From contig OX597823.1 of the NCBI GenBank assembly GCA_951406725.2, forward strand, positions 310,001 to 374,000: DNA of 64,000 nucleotides. Reading direction: 5' to 3'. Origin of the DNA: Octopus vulgaris. Lineage: Eukaryota. The position numbers and the translations under genes are program-made. This document shows, in pieces, positions 28,649 through 42,629 of the stretch. Positions within the stretch are counted from its first letter, which is position 1; the number at the start of each line of letters is the position of its first letter. Under the pieces are notes generated by a model. It did not search any database. It saw only the letters and a program-made list of their open reading frames with translations, and was not told the DNA's origin.

Positions 28649-29256
28649 ATGCAATTTATTTAATTCTTTTTCTTAAAAAAATATTAAATGCATCAATTAT
28701 TTTCAAATTTTCAGTGGTTATTCACTATTATTTCAGTGATAGTATGGGTTAAATTGTTCTGGAAAACAAAACATATGGCTGAATTTTGAAACAAGAATTT
28801 TGTGAAAGGTGTTATTACCTTTTTGAAGGCTATTTTCCAATTCCATACCAAGCAGACTGAGAACTTGTATCCAGTTAACATATATTACTTTAATATGTCT
28901 TTTACTGAATGTACTTTTACATATTCACCTTAGTTCAATCTCAAATAATGAGCTGAATTTTTGTTGATAGGGAAATAAAAGCCTTCTGAAAAGTAATACG
29001 GGTAGGATTGATCTCAAATTCCTTTCATATAATGGTTCGAATGTTTACAGGAAGACTAGCTGCTCATTATAACCTTAAATATTTCCAAGGAGGTTCCCTT
29101 CTAAACAGTTTGTTCTTGGTTATTGCCCTATACCAACATAAATAGAACAGTCTCTCTCTCACACAACTATATACATATAACACACACACAAATAAAAACC
29201 AAAAACAGATGAATTGTGCAAATAATACAAATAATAAATAAATTAATGTAACTTAC

Positions 29257-29325
29257 CTTGAGAAAGACCTTTCAATTTTGGCTCGCCGCTTACTTTCTTC
29301 TAGAGTTTGATATTCTGTTTTGCCA
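29257..29325 (-). CDS. PTPN4: PTPN4-like exon (FERM-adjacent domain)
   Basis: tctag|T GGC...TCA AG|gtaagt. 69 nt encoding (S)GKTEYQTLEESKRRAKIERSFS(R); phase 2 to phase 2. Confidence 0.92.
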
Positions 29326-30388
29326 CTAGAAGAGAATCAGGAAACAAAAGATGAAACAGCAAAACAGAATCATGAAAGAAACTGGAAAGAAGACACTGGA
29401 ACATCCTTACAAGGATCAAATGTTTGAGCTTTTATTCGGGTTTGACCCCCCCCCACACACACACAGAGTCAGTTGCATGAGAGTTAAACAGGTTTCATTC
29501 TGTTCAAGAAATTTACATAGTTTTGATAGCTGTTAACTGAGTCAGGCAACAAAAGTCTGAAGGTGATCATATCTTCCCACTTTTTGTTACCTGTGTAAGA
29601 TTGGTGGTATGTTTTGATTAGGCAACGACAGTAACTTCCACCTTGCTCGTGTCCTATAACAAAAGAAATGGAGAATAGCCAAGAACCAGATTGTTTAAAC
29701 TTCTGAAGAATTAAATCCAAAACCAAATCTCAAAGCTGGAGTTTGCAAATGAAGCAACAGATTATTTCCATTGAAATCAAATTAATAGTGAGATTAAAAT
29801 AACTTGTTCAAGAGCTTAACACAATGTCCACATCAACATATAAACACATAAACTAGGGATTCAGTACCTTATCCCTAGGAGAAATAAGCCATTTCCCAAC
29901 AGACACTTGTGAAATTTTAGAATGCAATTTTCATACCAATATATAAGCTTATGATGAACATTTGCATTTTATGTGTACTGACATTATAATTGTCACTAAC
30001 GACTTCTTGTATAGATGTGAACGTTTATAGCCGAAGAATCTGTTGCCCAGAGATTTAATGTGATACTCACAAGCTGATACAAACTCACAGTAGTCATGGG
30101 CCTGGACTATTGACTAAGTTACCAATAACATTTTATGCAGAAAAGCAAAGTTGGAAAATATGTAGCTAATAATTGAAATAATTCATCTTTTAGTTCTGCA
30201 AAATATCTGATAATCAGGAAATTTGGACTATTTTTCTTTAATTTTTTTTATGTACATTTTTTTAAGCTTTGATTTATAGAATAAGAGAAGTTTCAGGCTC
30301 AGAATGTGATTTTGTTGTTGCTGAGATCAATTTGATACACAACAGCACAGCTGAAGAATGAAACCGACTTCAAGATTGAGTGAGAAAG

Positions 30389-30427
<39 letters not shown>

Positions 30428-30447
30428 AGGGAGACTGAAGTAATTAC

Positions 30448-30608
30448 CTGTATCGAAATTTAGAACCTAATGAAAAAATTTTCTTTGATGGTGGGTTTGG
30501 TGCATGAAGACGGAAAAACGTGTGGTGTTCAACACAGGACTTCCACAGATTCTTGCAAGAGCGGTAACTGACCATATTGAAACCAATCAAATTTTCAACA
30601 GTATCATT
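30448..30608 (-). CDS. PTPN4: PTPN4-like exon (end of FERM, start of FERM-adjacent domain)
   Basis: ttcag|AAT...TAC AG|gtaatt. 161 nt encoding NDTVENLIGFNMVSYRSCKNLWKSCVEHHTFFRL...LGSKFRY; phase matches both neighbouring exons. Confidence 0.95.
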
Positions 30609-31551
30609 CTGAAGCATAGAAAAATAAAAGATTTTTTGGGGAAACAAAAGGAATTTGAAAAAGTTAAAATGGAAATGAGAAAATTTAAATAAGTCACACA
30701 TTATTCTAGAAATAAAAAAAAAAAATATCAGATAAAAAAACAACTGTACACACACAAAAAAAAAGGCAAAAGAATATGAGAAAATTTGTAATAAACAATG
30801 TACTTTGAACTGTACCTAACAAAAATGTGGAACTAATTGCAAGTTTGTGTGAATCTGTGCAGCTTTTTATAAAAAAGATTTTATGTACAATAGTAAATTA
30901 GCATTAAGAGTTTCTGATTGAGGAGTTGAGATTCTTGATTAAGGCTTAGAACGGATATTGTGGAAGATCTTGATTGTCTGATCAACTCTTTTACCTGTAT
31001 TACCTGTTCCTAAATTATTGTGTGAGTGGTTGAATATTCCACAAACACGTGGGCCCTTAATGGAATTCTCAGGTATTATCAGTGTGACAAGGCTGATAGG
31101 CTTCAGTACAATTTTCATCTCCCCAAATTCACTAGCAAGGTATGAGTTGACCTGAGGAGTCAGAAAATGACATATACCCAAGATGCTATGCAGCAGGATT
31201 GAAACCAGGACACTGAAGTTGTGAAGTGAATTTAGTTATTCAGTTACACTGGACCCTGCTAAGACAGATTTACAGAATGCTGGAAACTGTTTGTCAGAGT
31301 CACCAGTTTGCACAGTAACAAATCACTGTGAGATGTAAGTTACAACATACATAGAACTGGGGCACTACGATTAGGGTTTTGGCCAATCATAACTTGTTTT
31401 GATGAATCTCTCTTTGCTAAAGCATGGGCCATGAAGTTAGAAAGAACAACACTGGTTTTTACAATAGGATCAAATTCTTTAGAACATGGTCAAACATACA
31501 GTCATGCCTTCTCCTATTAATATCTATTTATAGAAACAACTGATCACTTAC

Positions 31552-31615
31552 CACTTCTCGACGTAACTGAATGAAAAACTGTTTTCGTTTAAAGGATATC
31601 TTCACTATTTTTGCC
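31552..31615 (-). CDS. PTPN4: PTPN4/PTP-MEG-like exon (FERM C-lobe)
   Basis: tttag|G GCA AAA...GAA GTG|gtaagt. 64 nt encoding (W)AKIVKISFKRKQFFIQLRREV, which resembles PTPN4 WLKIVKISFKCKQFFIQLRKE (recalled, not aligned). Confidence 0.9.
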
Positions 31616-32134
31616 CTAAAGGAAAAGAGAAGACAAACATTGAATTTTATGTAACAGTATACAAACTAGGTGTAATTTACTTATGACCCTGTAGGAAGAA
31701 TAATTTAAGCTGTACAGAAAAATATCTCATAATTATCATAAATATCATATCACATCATTATCATTGCAAGAAATATAGCACACACAGGATTTATTTTCAA
31801 AAATAGTTTTTCATGCCACACTCTTCTGAATTCAATTCTGGTAACACATCAGCTATGCAATTCATTTGTTGGGATGTTGGCTTTGTGGTTAATTAATGCT
31901 ATCTATGTTCTATAAATGTCAAAGTAAGATGTTGTTGTCGTCTTCATCAGCATCAGAAAGTTATCAGGGTGCAAAATGTAGTTTTAATTTCTAGTTTAAA
32001 TTATTTAATACTCGTTAACTCAAACAATTTTGCTTATATTTATACAATCTTTATCGAATAAATTATTGTTGTTGTAAAATTTTTACCTAATAAATGTTGT
32101 TGTTTAAAAAATCAACTTTGGTAGCATTTAAACT

Positions 32135-33045
32135 TTTACATTCAGAGTTCAAGTCCTGCTGAAGTCAACATTACTTTCCATCCTTCTAAGGTTGATAAAA
32201 TACATCTGTCAAGTACTGGGTCAAGAGAATTGATTGCACATCCTACAATGTTTCTGGGTCTGTGCCTACTTCTTTTGTCTTTATGTTCTGAACTCAAATT
32301 CCACTGAGGTTGACTTTGCCTTTCATCCTTTCGGCATTGATGAAATAAGTACCAGTCAAATACTCAGACCCATGTAATCAACTTGCCTCCTCCCATAAAA
32401 TTTCAGGCCTTGTCTCTCTAGCAGAAAAGATTATTATTGTCGTCGTCATTGTCGCCACCACCACAGCTAATTTCTATAGCAAAGCATTACCAGATATTGT
32501 TGAGTGTCAGTTCAAATGCATTAAGGAAGAAGTCTGAACCTTCTATGATTGAAATTCCAATCTACAAGCGCTTATTTCGCCTCTCTTTGTGGGAGCAAGA
32601 AAATAAATATCAGCAGTATAAGGGATCAATTGCTTGCTAAATTATTATTATTATTATTATTATTAGGTGGCAAGCTGGCAGAATCGTTAGCAGACTGGAC
32701 GAAATGCTTAGCAGTATTTTGCCTATTACTATGTTCTGAGTTCAAATTCCACCAAGGTTGACTTTGCCTTTCATCCTTTTGGGGTCAATAAAATGAGCAC
32801 CAGTCGAACACTGGAGTCGATGTAATTGACTCATCCCCACCGTCCCCCAAGCTGATCTTGTGGCAAACATGTGAAATTATTATTATTATGATGATGAAGA
32901 AGGTAAGCTGGCACAATCATTAGCATGCTGGCTGAAATGCTTGGCAGTATTTTGTCCACCTTCATGTTCAAAGTTCAAATTCTGCCGAGGTCAACTTTGC
33001 CTTTCATCCTTTCTGTGTCAATAAAATAAGTACCAGTTGAATACA
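32135..33045 (+). mobile_element. cluster of four Meta-like SINE copies or fragments
   Basis: Repeated GTTCAAATTC...GACTTTGCCTTTCATCCTT...AAGTACCAG; the clearest copy (32666-32875) follows (ATT)n. Confidence 0.8.
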
Positions 33046-33064
33046 AGAGTTGAATACTAGAGTC

Positions 33065-33978
33065 AGAATGCTCCGATGGATGTGTAATGTCAGCATACTC
33101 GACAGGGTGTTAGTGCCTTGAGAGAAAAGTTGGACCTAAGAAGTATCAGATGCGGTGTGCAAGAGAGATGATTGTGCTAGTATGGTCATGTGGTGAGAAT
33201 GGTGAGGATAGCTGTGTGAAAAAGTACCACACCCTAGTGGTTGAGGGAACATGTGGAAGAGGTAGACCCAGGAAGACCTGGGATGAAGTGGTGAAGCATG
33301 ATCTTCGAACATTAGACCTCACCAAGGCAATGACTAGTGACCAAGACCCTTGGAAATATGCTGTGCTTGAGAAGACCCAGCAAGCCAAGTGAGACCATAA
33401 CCTTGTGGCCTATGCCAGGGGTGTAACCAGCCCTCTTATGCATACCTTTCCTTCATTGGACACTAAACTCTGCTTGCGAAGACCTGTTGAGGCAAGTGAA
33501 ATCGAAATCAAATTCGATGACTGGCATCTGTGCTAGTGGAGCGCTAAAAGTACCATCTGAGCATGATTGTTGCCAGAGCAACAAACTGGCTTCTGTGCCG
33601 GTGGCACATAAAAAGCATCATTCGAGCGTGATCATTACCTGCATCGCCTTACTGGCACTTGTGCTGGTGGCACATGAAAAAAATTTCGAGTGAGGTCATT
33701 GCCAGTGCCACCGGACTGGCTCCTCTGCAGGTGGCACATAAAAAGCACCATTTGAGCATGGCCATTGCCTGTACCACCTGACTGGCCCTAGTGCTGGTTG
33801 CACGTAAAAGCACCCACTACACTCTTAGAGTGGTTGGCATTAGGAAGGGCATCCAGCTGTAGAAACTCTGCCAGATCAGATTGGAGCCTGGTGCAGCCAT
33901 CTGGTTCACCAGACCTCAGTCAAATTGTCCAACCCATGCCATGCTAGCATGGAAAGTGGATGTTAAACGATGATGATC
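33065..33978 (+). mobile_element. 5'-truncated RTE LINE
   Basis: [34 protein letters not shown], hairpin-array 3' UTR, GTTAAAC(GAT)n end. Confidence 0.9.
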
Positions 33979-34001
33979 ATTATTATTATTATTATTATTT
34001 A

Positions 34002-34200
34002 AGGTGGCAAGCTGGCAGAATCGTAAGCATACTAGGAAAAATGCTTAGTGGCATTTCATCCAGTTTTATGTTGAGTTCAAATTCTATCAAGGTTGACTTT
34101 GCCTTTCATCCTTTCGGGGTCAATAAATTAAGTACCAGTTGCGTACTGGGGTCAATGTAATCAACTGAACCTCTTCTCCAAAATTTCATGTCTTGTGCTT
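34002..34200 (+). mobile_element. Meta-like SINE
   Basis: Full head and core following (TTA)n; another copy lies at 34663-34877. Confidence 0.8.
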
Positions 34201-34630
34201 TCATGTTGGTAGCTGAGTGCTGATACTTCCAAGTGCACCAATTACTATTGGTGTCACCTCTACTCTCCTCATTGACCACAACCTTCGTATTTCCCACTTT
34301 ATATCGCCATAGTTGTTTATTTCTTCTTCTTCTTTCACATTGATTCTGTTGCCACTGGGACAGGCTATGTTGATAATAATACATGTTCTTTCTCTTTTAT
34401 TCACCACAACAATGTCCAGTTTCCAATGTCTGGTCAGGTGATCGCACTGGATCACTGCATCCCACAGGATTTTGCAGTTCTCATTCTTGGTGGCTCCTTC
34501 TGGGGTTTGTTCATACCATGTCTTTGCTCTTTGTAGGCCATGGTTTCCATTTGTATTCACATTGTGCCAATTTCAGGCATTTGCTAATGATGTGCCATAG
34601 CATTTCCCCCCTCTCACCACACATTCTGCA
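34201..34630 (-). mobile_element. R4/Dong-clade retrotransposon fragment (CCHC knuckle plus restriction-like endonuclease)
   Basis: CRMC...WHIISKC knuckle remnant, then WYEQTPEG...KILWD...DIVVVNK...IACP...YGDIKWEIRRLW...PIVIGALGS. Confidence 0.8.
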
Positions 34631-35059
34631 GCAGCGTCGTCGTCGCCGTCCTCGTCATCATTTAGGATGGCAAGCTAGCAGAATCATTAGAATGCTGGAC
34701 AAAATGCTACACAACATTTTATCTGTCTTTACATTCTGAGTTCAAATTCCGTTGAGGGCGAATTTGCTTTTCATCCTTTTGAGATTGATAAAATAAGTAC
34801 CAGGTGAGCACTGGGGTTGATGAAATTGACACCTACCTCCCTCCAAATTTCAGGCCTTGTGCCTAGAGTAGAAAGGATTATTATTTATTTACAGTAAAAC
34901 AATCTGAAATGGAGACATCACATTCAGTGTGTTTCTTTAGCTTAATCACACTAGAGCCAAATCTAAGAAGTCAACTTTTTTTCTATTCCACATTGAAGGA
35001 GACAGCTATAAGCAGCACTTTGAACATGGCCTACAAGACACTGTCTTATCACAGCTGAT

Positions 35060-35700
35060 CAGTTCGCAGGATGCAGTCAAGATGCAAATGCAATTTGGAA
35101 GCTTAAAATTTTGTGTTGAACTGGGTAAAAATGCTAAAGAAATGCTCCACACTGCGTAGGGATTAAACTGTATGAGGCTGAGCATGTCTTTTGCTGGAAT
35201 AAGAAGTTTTCAGAATGGTAGAGAAGAGGTGAGAGATATGGAGAAGTGTAGGAAGGAGAAGGATGTCAGAACATCAGACTGGGTTGAGAACATTTCTGAT
35301 TTTCTGGAAGAAGACTGCAGAATGTCTACAAAGGCAATAAGTACACAGATTGGAGTTGGTGTGGCAACTATCCACACAATTCACCATGAAGATCTAAACA
35401 GCAACCCAAGGGTCCTCGAGTTACTGGTGACCTGTCATGCAAGCTGAATCTACTTTTATGATCCAGAGGCCAAGAGACAGAGTGCCCAATGGAAGCATCC
35501 CGACTCCCTCAGATCCAAGGGGGCCAGGCAAAGCAAATCCACTGGGAAGCTCATAATGATCCCTTTTCTTGACAGCAAGGGCATCATCTACATCCATGGG
35601 ATTCCCTCTGGCCAGATGGTCAACAAAGAGTACTTTAGAGGTTTTGAGGGAGTTCAGAAAGAGATTTTGTTGCAACGGGCCGGAGCTCTTTCAAACAGGT
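35060..35700 (+). mobile_element. mariner transposase remnant
   Basis: KFCVELGKNAKE...GREEVRD...TIHTIHHEDL and YFYDPEAKRQSAQWKHP...KGIIYIH; frameshifted. Confidence 0.8.
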
Positions 35701-36267
35701 GTAAGAAGTGAAATAATTTCAAATTTAAGGTCTTTAGAAAAAAGAAAGGAAAAGAAAACTCATCTTGACTGTTATTATATATGAAGAAAACAAAAGAGAC
35801 GAACTTCTTTCTTTCGGTTATTGTAACAGTATGACAAATGATGGCATAGAGATGGTTACCAAAAATTGAAATCAAATCTAATACATTTACCTGATGTATT
35901 TAGTCTTAAGAGCAACACAGCTTTCTATCTGATGTAAAGTTTTTGTTCTTAAGATGTGATGACCCTACACCTAACCAGGAGCATCTAACTATACTCATTA
36001 CTACACAATGGTTGGCTTTGGAGAATATCGTTGAACATTAATGGCATGTTGTCTTTGTCTGTTGGTATTTGCTGAAAAGTATCATTCACAATGAGAGATG
36101 AGAGAGATGAGTTGGTTGGTGTGAAATAATCTCACTGCTTTGGAAAAGAGCAGAGATAATAGAACGTCTAACCTACAGTTCGGTTTCAATATCATATTAG
36201 ATATTAAAGTTATTTTGTTGTATATACTTCATGTCCTTCTGGATCACGAGAGAGACATATTGGATAT

Positions 36268-36321
36268 TACTCTTTACTCTTTTACTTGTTTCAGTCATTT
36301 GACTACGGCCATGCTGGAGCA
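36268..36321 (-). mobile_element. CORE-like SINE 3' tail fragment
   Basis: TTACTCTTTTACTTGTTTCAGTCATTTGACTACGGCCATGCTGGAGCA. Confidence 0.7.
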
Positions 36322-37788
36322 AGGGACAGCACTTCCTGACATACTAAATTTCTCTTCCATTAAGCAGGCAGTATAAATAGAATCTGAGCAATTTATGCTA
36401 ATTCAGTGCTAGCACTATAACAAAGTTTGTAAATTGTGATTAAACAATCTTATGTGTTTGTATCTTTCAATTTTATTTTAAGTCCATAAATATAATCATT
36501 GCTCATATCTATAAAAAAAAAAACAACAACTAACGCCAGTATCTGTTAATTTATTCAAGCTGCTTAAATGTCAGCAAATTCTTAACATTTTTTCAGTGCT
36601 TGCTTTTGGAAATTAGTGGTTTCGGGTCAGATATGGTTTTGTGCAATAACATTTTCAAACCTATATTGTCCAAGCTAATAATTGTTGAGATGAATAGCAA
36701 TAATACCTCACTTTACAAGATCCCAGGTATACGGGTTTTATTTTTCAAGCACAAGATTCAAATTTTGAATGAAGTGCAAAAGTTTCTACTATCATAACAA
36801 ATACTTCTGCATTTTACTGAGAAATTTATAGGGAGTGAAAAAAAGTTTCTTCTAAACAAACAACTCTAGACTTGTTTTTTAGTTTTTTAAAAAGCAATCT
36901 ACAAGTCTGTCTATGAGTGCTTGTGAATTGGTGATTGTGTCTACAAGTGATGCTGTGCATGAATCTAGTGTGAGTGAAAGTGATTCAGAAAATGATTATA
37001 ATTAATAATATTTTTTTAATTATAAATGATCTTGACATTCTTTTTACTTTACATAAAGTATTCTTTACATTCTGCAGTTGTTTTATTGCCATATATTTAC
37101 AAGTATTACAAATTTCATGGGTAAAATATATATTTCTGGAACTGAATTATGATTTATAACGTTGCTACTATGGGAAATTATTATTGTTCAACTTTATGAG
37201 TTTTCACTTTAAGATCAGTCTCCAGGAACAGATTAACTTGTATACCATGGGATTACTGTATATATCAAAATGTCCACACACACACACACACACAAAACAG
37301 CAGCATAACAACAAAACCTTCAAAAAATTTTATAAAAACCAAACAAATAAAAAATAAAGAAACTTCTCCTGTTACTCTGTAAATACTCAAGTACAACAAC
37401 AACAATAATAATAAAAATAATAATAATAACAATAATAATAATAATAACAACAACAACATCAACAACAATTCATACAATACAAATATTAATATTTTCATGA
37501 AATCTGAATGTTTATCCATTTTGTAGATAAAAGGAAGACAGAAAAAAATGATGAAATACAGTGATAGAGTGAGAGAGAGGTTTTAAGGAGGACTATAAGA
37601 AATGATTAAGAGATACAACCTCACTTGTAGTTTTTCCCACCACACACACACATACACACATACATATACATACATGTACACACACATAAACATTCATATG
37701 CATAGACATACCTATGTATGTGTATATATATGTATGTAAGTAGCTAGCCAAAACCTCAAGGTCACTTTCAATAATATTCTTGTTTCAG

Positions 37789-37823
<35 letters not shown>

Positions 37824-37825
37824 TA

Positions 37826-39321
37826 TGAGGTTGGAACAAAAGTTTGCACTGTTTTCAATTGGTGGCATTTAAACATGTGATTTTGTTTCTCACATGACAG
37901 AAGCATATTGTGTGTGTGTGTGCGTGTGTGTGTGTATCAAATAATGAAGGTGGTCAGATGCAATTCAAAACCAAAAGGAAACAATTCACTGACACTAAAA
38001 TGCGATGAAGGGGGCAGGGATGACGAGTGCGGTGAGGAGGTTGTCTCCCCTGCCAGTAAATAGAAAATGTGCTTTTGTAGGTAAAGAGTTCTTTCACTCT
38101 TATTTCTAGCAATGCTGGTGCTCCCTGCACCCTTCGTCATATTTTAGTGACAGAGAATTACTTACATATATATATATTCTGTAAGGTGACATATCAACAC
38201 ATCTTTCTACATATTCAATGAGGGAATGGTTAATTTCTGCCATTCTTACATTGAAAATGAGATACATTTTCATCATTTGAGGCTGTTTCTATTTCCAGAG
38301 AGGAAAAAAATAAGCAAACAAAGTACAAACGGCAAAAAAATATCTACAGTTTATGTAGATAGTATCATAGTTGAGAGAACTGTTCATAAGTGATACACTA
38401 AACTTTGGAATAAAAAATTTTTGATCTGGAAGTCAGTGAGCATTTCAACCAGGCTGCAGTCACCAATGATGATCAAATTGAGAAATTAAGAAAAAATAAT
38501 CCAGGCTGCAGGACACAAGACAAATGCACTCCACAAATCTTTATGAGTGTTATAGAGTATTTAAAACTACTTGGATATCTGAAATGCTATGATGTTTGAG
38601 GGCCTCATAACTAAACAGTAAAAAATTTAATGGACTGCATTCCCATCTGCAATTCTCTGCTCAAATGCAATAAATACAATCCATTTTTTTAAAACAACAA
38701 TCAAAGGTGATAAAAAATGTATTCTTTACAACAATGTGGAGTAATAAACATCCTGGAGTGAATGAATGAACCACCTTTAATCACTCCCAAACCAGTCAGT
38801 ATCAGAGAAAGGGGATGCTCCCTATTTAGGGGAATTGGAAAGCCATTACATGTTATGAGCTCCTTATACAAAATCAGGTGTTAATTCAGACAATTGTTGT
38901 TCTCAATTAGACAAATTAAAGGTGGCAATCAATGAAAAACATCCAACTGGAAGGATGTTGTCTTCCTTCGGGACAACACTAAACCTCATGTTTCCTTGCA
39001 GAAATTCGTTCAGGTTGGCTGGGATGTCCTTCCACTCTCACAATACTCACTTGACTTTGCACCTCCATATTAGCCCTACAAAATTCTCTTAATAGGAAGA
39101 ACTTCAATTTTGGAAGACTGTAAAAACCACTCTGACCAGCTCATCACCCAAAATTTTATCAAGTTCTGGGAGGATGGGATCATGAAGCTGGTTCAAAGAT
39201 GGTAAAAGACGGTGAAACAAAATGGGACATATGTGGTTGAATAAGAGCATGCACAAATATTTAAATAATATTGTTTTTTCAATTTTTCTTCGAAACTGCA
39301 CAAAATTTTGTTCCAACCAGA
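37826..39321 (+). mobile_element. degenerate mariner element with both TIRs
   Basis: TA-TGAGGTTGGAACAAAAG ... TTTTGTTCCAACCAGA-TA; broken transposase GDKKCILYNNV, DNTKPHV, YSLDFAP, FWEDGIMKLVQRW. Confidence 0.8.
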
Positions 39322-39344
39322 TAAATAAATATATATATATATAT

Positions 39345-40318
39345 AACATTTCATGGGTTTCAGGCAGAGAGGCTGAGGCCATGCTGGTGCTCCACTTTTA
39401 CTGCGTCTGGGGGTTTTTCTAATATTGCTTTTGCTGAAGTAGCGAGTTGGACATCGCCGCTCTTCTTTGTGTCTCCTGCTGCAATGTGGGTTCATCTGGA
39501 ATTGCTGATAAAAAACTGTCTACACGTTTTTTTGAAGACGTTTATGTCAACACTCTGCATGTTCTGTGATAGGGCATTAAAAAGTTGTCCCTTGAATTCC
39601 AAGCTATTACAATATTGGGTTTGTATCTTCAATAGAGAAGATGGAACGTTTGGTACTGTGCAGTGCCATCCAATTTGGGGATTGTTGTAGATTTGAATTC
39701 CGTAATTTGGAGCCAGACCCTCCATTATTTTCCACACATTTAGCACTGATTATATCTTTCACGTCTCTTCTCCAGGGAGTAGAGTCCCAATTCCATCAAC
39801 CTCTCCCAGTAGCCCATGTGTTTTACTGAGTCTGTCTTCTTTGCGTGTGGCATTGGATTGCCTCTGGTTCCACAATTAGTTTTACACTCTGTGGGGATCA
39901 CAGATGGGAGCAGTAGTCCAGACAACTGAGGACAAAGGTTCTCCAAAGCAGAAGCATTGTGTCTCTGTTCCTGGTCCAGAAGGATCTAAGGATCCAACCT
40001 ACCACCTGCTTGCATAGTGTTGCCATCTGAGCAAGGTGCACATGGAAAGTTGCGTCATTGCTCGTATGGATTCTCAGGTCATGCACCGACTCAAACTCTG
40101 GGATTAAATTGCCTCCTGGTCCCATGTATTTCAGCTGTAGTTTGTGGGCTGCTAGTGGAGTGCTTAAAATTTTGCACCATTGGCTGCATATCATTCTCAT
40201 CAGCCCATTTATGTATGGCATTCAGGCCATTCTGCAGTCTTAGTCTGTCAGTAGGGTCCTTCACCGCCTGCAATACTTTTCTTTTACTAGTGTAGCTGGT
40301 GAGTGTGGCTGACTCTAT
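39345..40318 (-). mobile_element. 5'-truncated Proto2/CR1-like LINE
   Basis: GWILRSFWTR...LDYCSHL, YWERL...LYSL, WKIMEGLAPN; tail GCACCAGCATGGCC. Confidence 0.85.
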
Positions 40319-42120
40319 GGCAGAGAAATGGGTGGATAAGGTCGTAGAGGTAATCATGGTGTGCGATGGATATAATTAAACTCAGGCTAGTCCTGCAGAA
40401 TGGTATAGCTACAATTATCTCTGCCTATGCTCCACAAGTGGGCCTACCAAATGAACAGAAGGACCACTTTTATGATATTCTACTATAGGCTACCTCAAAG
40501 ATAAGTGACAATGACCTCATCTTTGTGGATGGAGACTTTAATGGGTATGTCAGACGGCAACCTGGTATCTTCCATGGTGTTCATGGAGTGGGGGGGGCAT
40601 GGAATTGGTTTCCGAAACGAAGGGGAACTAGGCTACTGGAGTTCTGTCATGCAAGCAACAATTGATCTGCAATGCCAACTTCAGGAAGCCAGCCAGCCAC
40701 CTGATAACCTATCAATCAGGTGACTCTGCAAACCAGATGGATTTCATCCTCACCAGACAGCAGGATGCAGGGTTGCTCTTAAATACAATGACCTTCCCTG
40801 GTGAAGAATGTACCCCCCAGCATAGACTAGTCATTAGTGACTTTAGACTCCAAGCCAGAAGAATGCCAAGAAGCAGACCGATCTGGAAAAGAAGGATTTG
40901 GAAGCTTAAGATACCTTCACATGGTCAGAGATTTAGGGACATTCTCATAAAGAAATGTGATGAGAAGGAGGAGGAGCTACAGACCTCGGACATAGGGGGT
41001 AGCTGGAAATTCCTACGGGACAGCTTACTGAGTGCCACAGGCCAAATATATGGCTGGGGCAAAATCCCTTCAAGACCTAGGGTAATATAGCGGTGGAACA
41101 ATACTGTAGACAGGGCCATTAGAGTGAAGAAACAAACCTGAAAAACCTGGAAGAGTTGGGGTAGCAGGGAACTGTATCAGATAGCCAGAAGGGAGGCTAG
41201 GAGACAGGTATATATAGCCAAGGGAGAAGCAGAAAAAGAGAAGTTTGCCAATGTTCAGTGATGTGAGGATAAAAGAACTGAAGTATTTCCAATTCCAAGA
41301 CAGTGTATGAGAGAAAATTGTGATGTTATGGGAGAAAAATGTGTCCACGTGGATGATGGTGCACTTGCATTTAATGATTCCGCAAAGGAGGCTTGGAGAT
41401 GCCATTATAAAACACTGACGAATGTGGAGAATAAATGGGAGGAGGAGAGCCTACTAAATGTTGATCCAATTGAGGGACCATCTACCAGAATTGATAGTAC
41501 TCTGGTAGATAAAGCAATTAAGGATATGACGAGAGGCAAAAGCTCTCGGTCCATCATGAATCACCGATGAGATGCTTAGAATATCTGGTGGTGTGGGTTA
41601 TAATTTAGTCACCCATATTGTAAATCAGGTAGTTTATGAAGGAGTCATCCACAATAACTGGTGTAGCAGTACCATAGTCAACAGCTACAAAGGTAAAGGT
41701 GATGCTTTAGATAGAAATAACTACAGGGGTATCAAATTATTGGATCGAGTGAGGAAAGTTAGAGAGAGGGTCATAGCCCAACTAATTAGGAAGAGAGTCA
41801 GTCTAGATGAGATGCAGTTTGGTTTTGTGCCAAGTAGAAGCACCACTGATGCTATATTCCTGGTGAGGCAACTGCAGGAGAAATACCTAACCAAAGATAA
41901 ACATTTTGTTGACTTGGACAAAACCTTTGACAGGGTGCCCCCATCCCTTATCTGCTGGTCAATGTAGAAACTAGAGATAGATGAGTGATTGGTAAGAGCT
42001 GTACAAACCCTGTACAGGGATGCTGTCAGTAAGGTGAGGGTTGGTAATTAGTATAGTGAAGAATTCCGGGTAGAAGTAGGGGTTCACCAAGGATCAGTCC
42101 TCAGCCCCACTTATTCATCC
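40318..42120 (+). mobile_element. RTE LINE fragment (APE C-terminal half to RT motif B)
   Basis: ISAYAPQ, DFILTR, QHRLV, KGKGDALDRNNYRGIKLL, MQFGF, HQGSVLSP; several stops. Confidence 0.9.
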
Positions 42121-42625
42121 ACGCTCATTTGTCTGGCCAAACTTGTCCTCTCACTCAACTGCTTCTTGTTCATGGGTGATTTCTACTAGCAGTTCTCGGG
42201 AGTGGCCATGGGAACGAGAATGGGCCCCAACTATGCGAACCTGTTCGTTGGCTACGTTGAGGCCCAAATATTCTCAAGTTTCATTGGTCTCACTCCTGAA
42301 CTATACAGCCATTATATTGACGACTGTATTGGTGCGACCTCACTCTCCCACAAACATCAAGACTCCTTCCTCTCTTTTGTCAATTCTTTCCATTCTGCCC
42401 TCCACTTCTCCTGCACTACCTCTGACACCTTTGTCTCCTTTCTTGACATTTCAGTCAGCATTCATCACTCCACTCTCACCACCTCCATCCACTACAAACA
42501 CACAGATTCACACTCATACTTCAACTTCTCTTCCTCCCACCCTAAACACACCAAGCTATCCATCTCCTTTTTCCAATTCCTCCGTCTACGCAGGCTCTGT
42601 AGTGACGACCATTTGTATTTCGAGT
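42120..42625 (+). mobile_element. Penelope-like element RT fragment
   Basis: GVAMGTRMGPNYANLFVGYVE...YIDDCIG...FLDISV...YKHTDSHSY...SSSHP...QFLRLRRLCS. Confidence 0.88.
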
Positions 42626-42629
42626 TGAA

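Noticed and set aside
32666-32760. tRNA-like A and B boxes
   Set aside because: These are SINE heads without a full cloverleaf, not tRNA genes.
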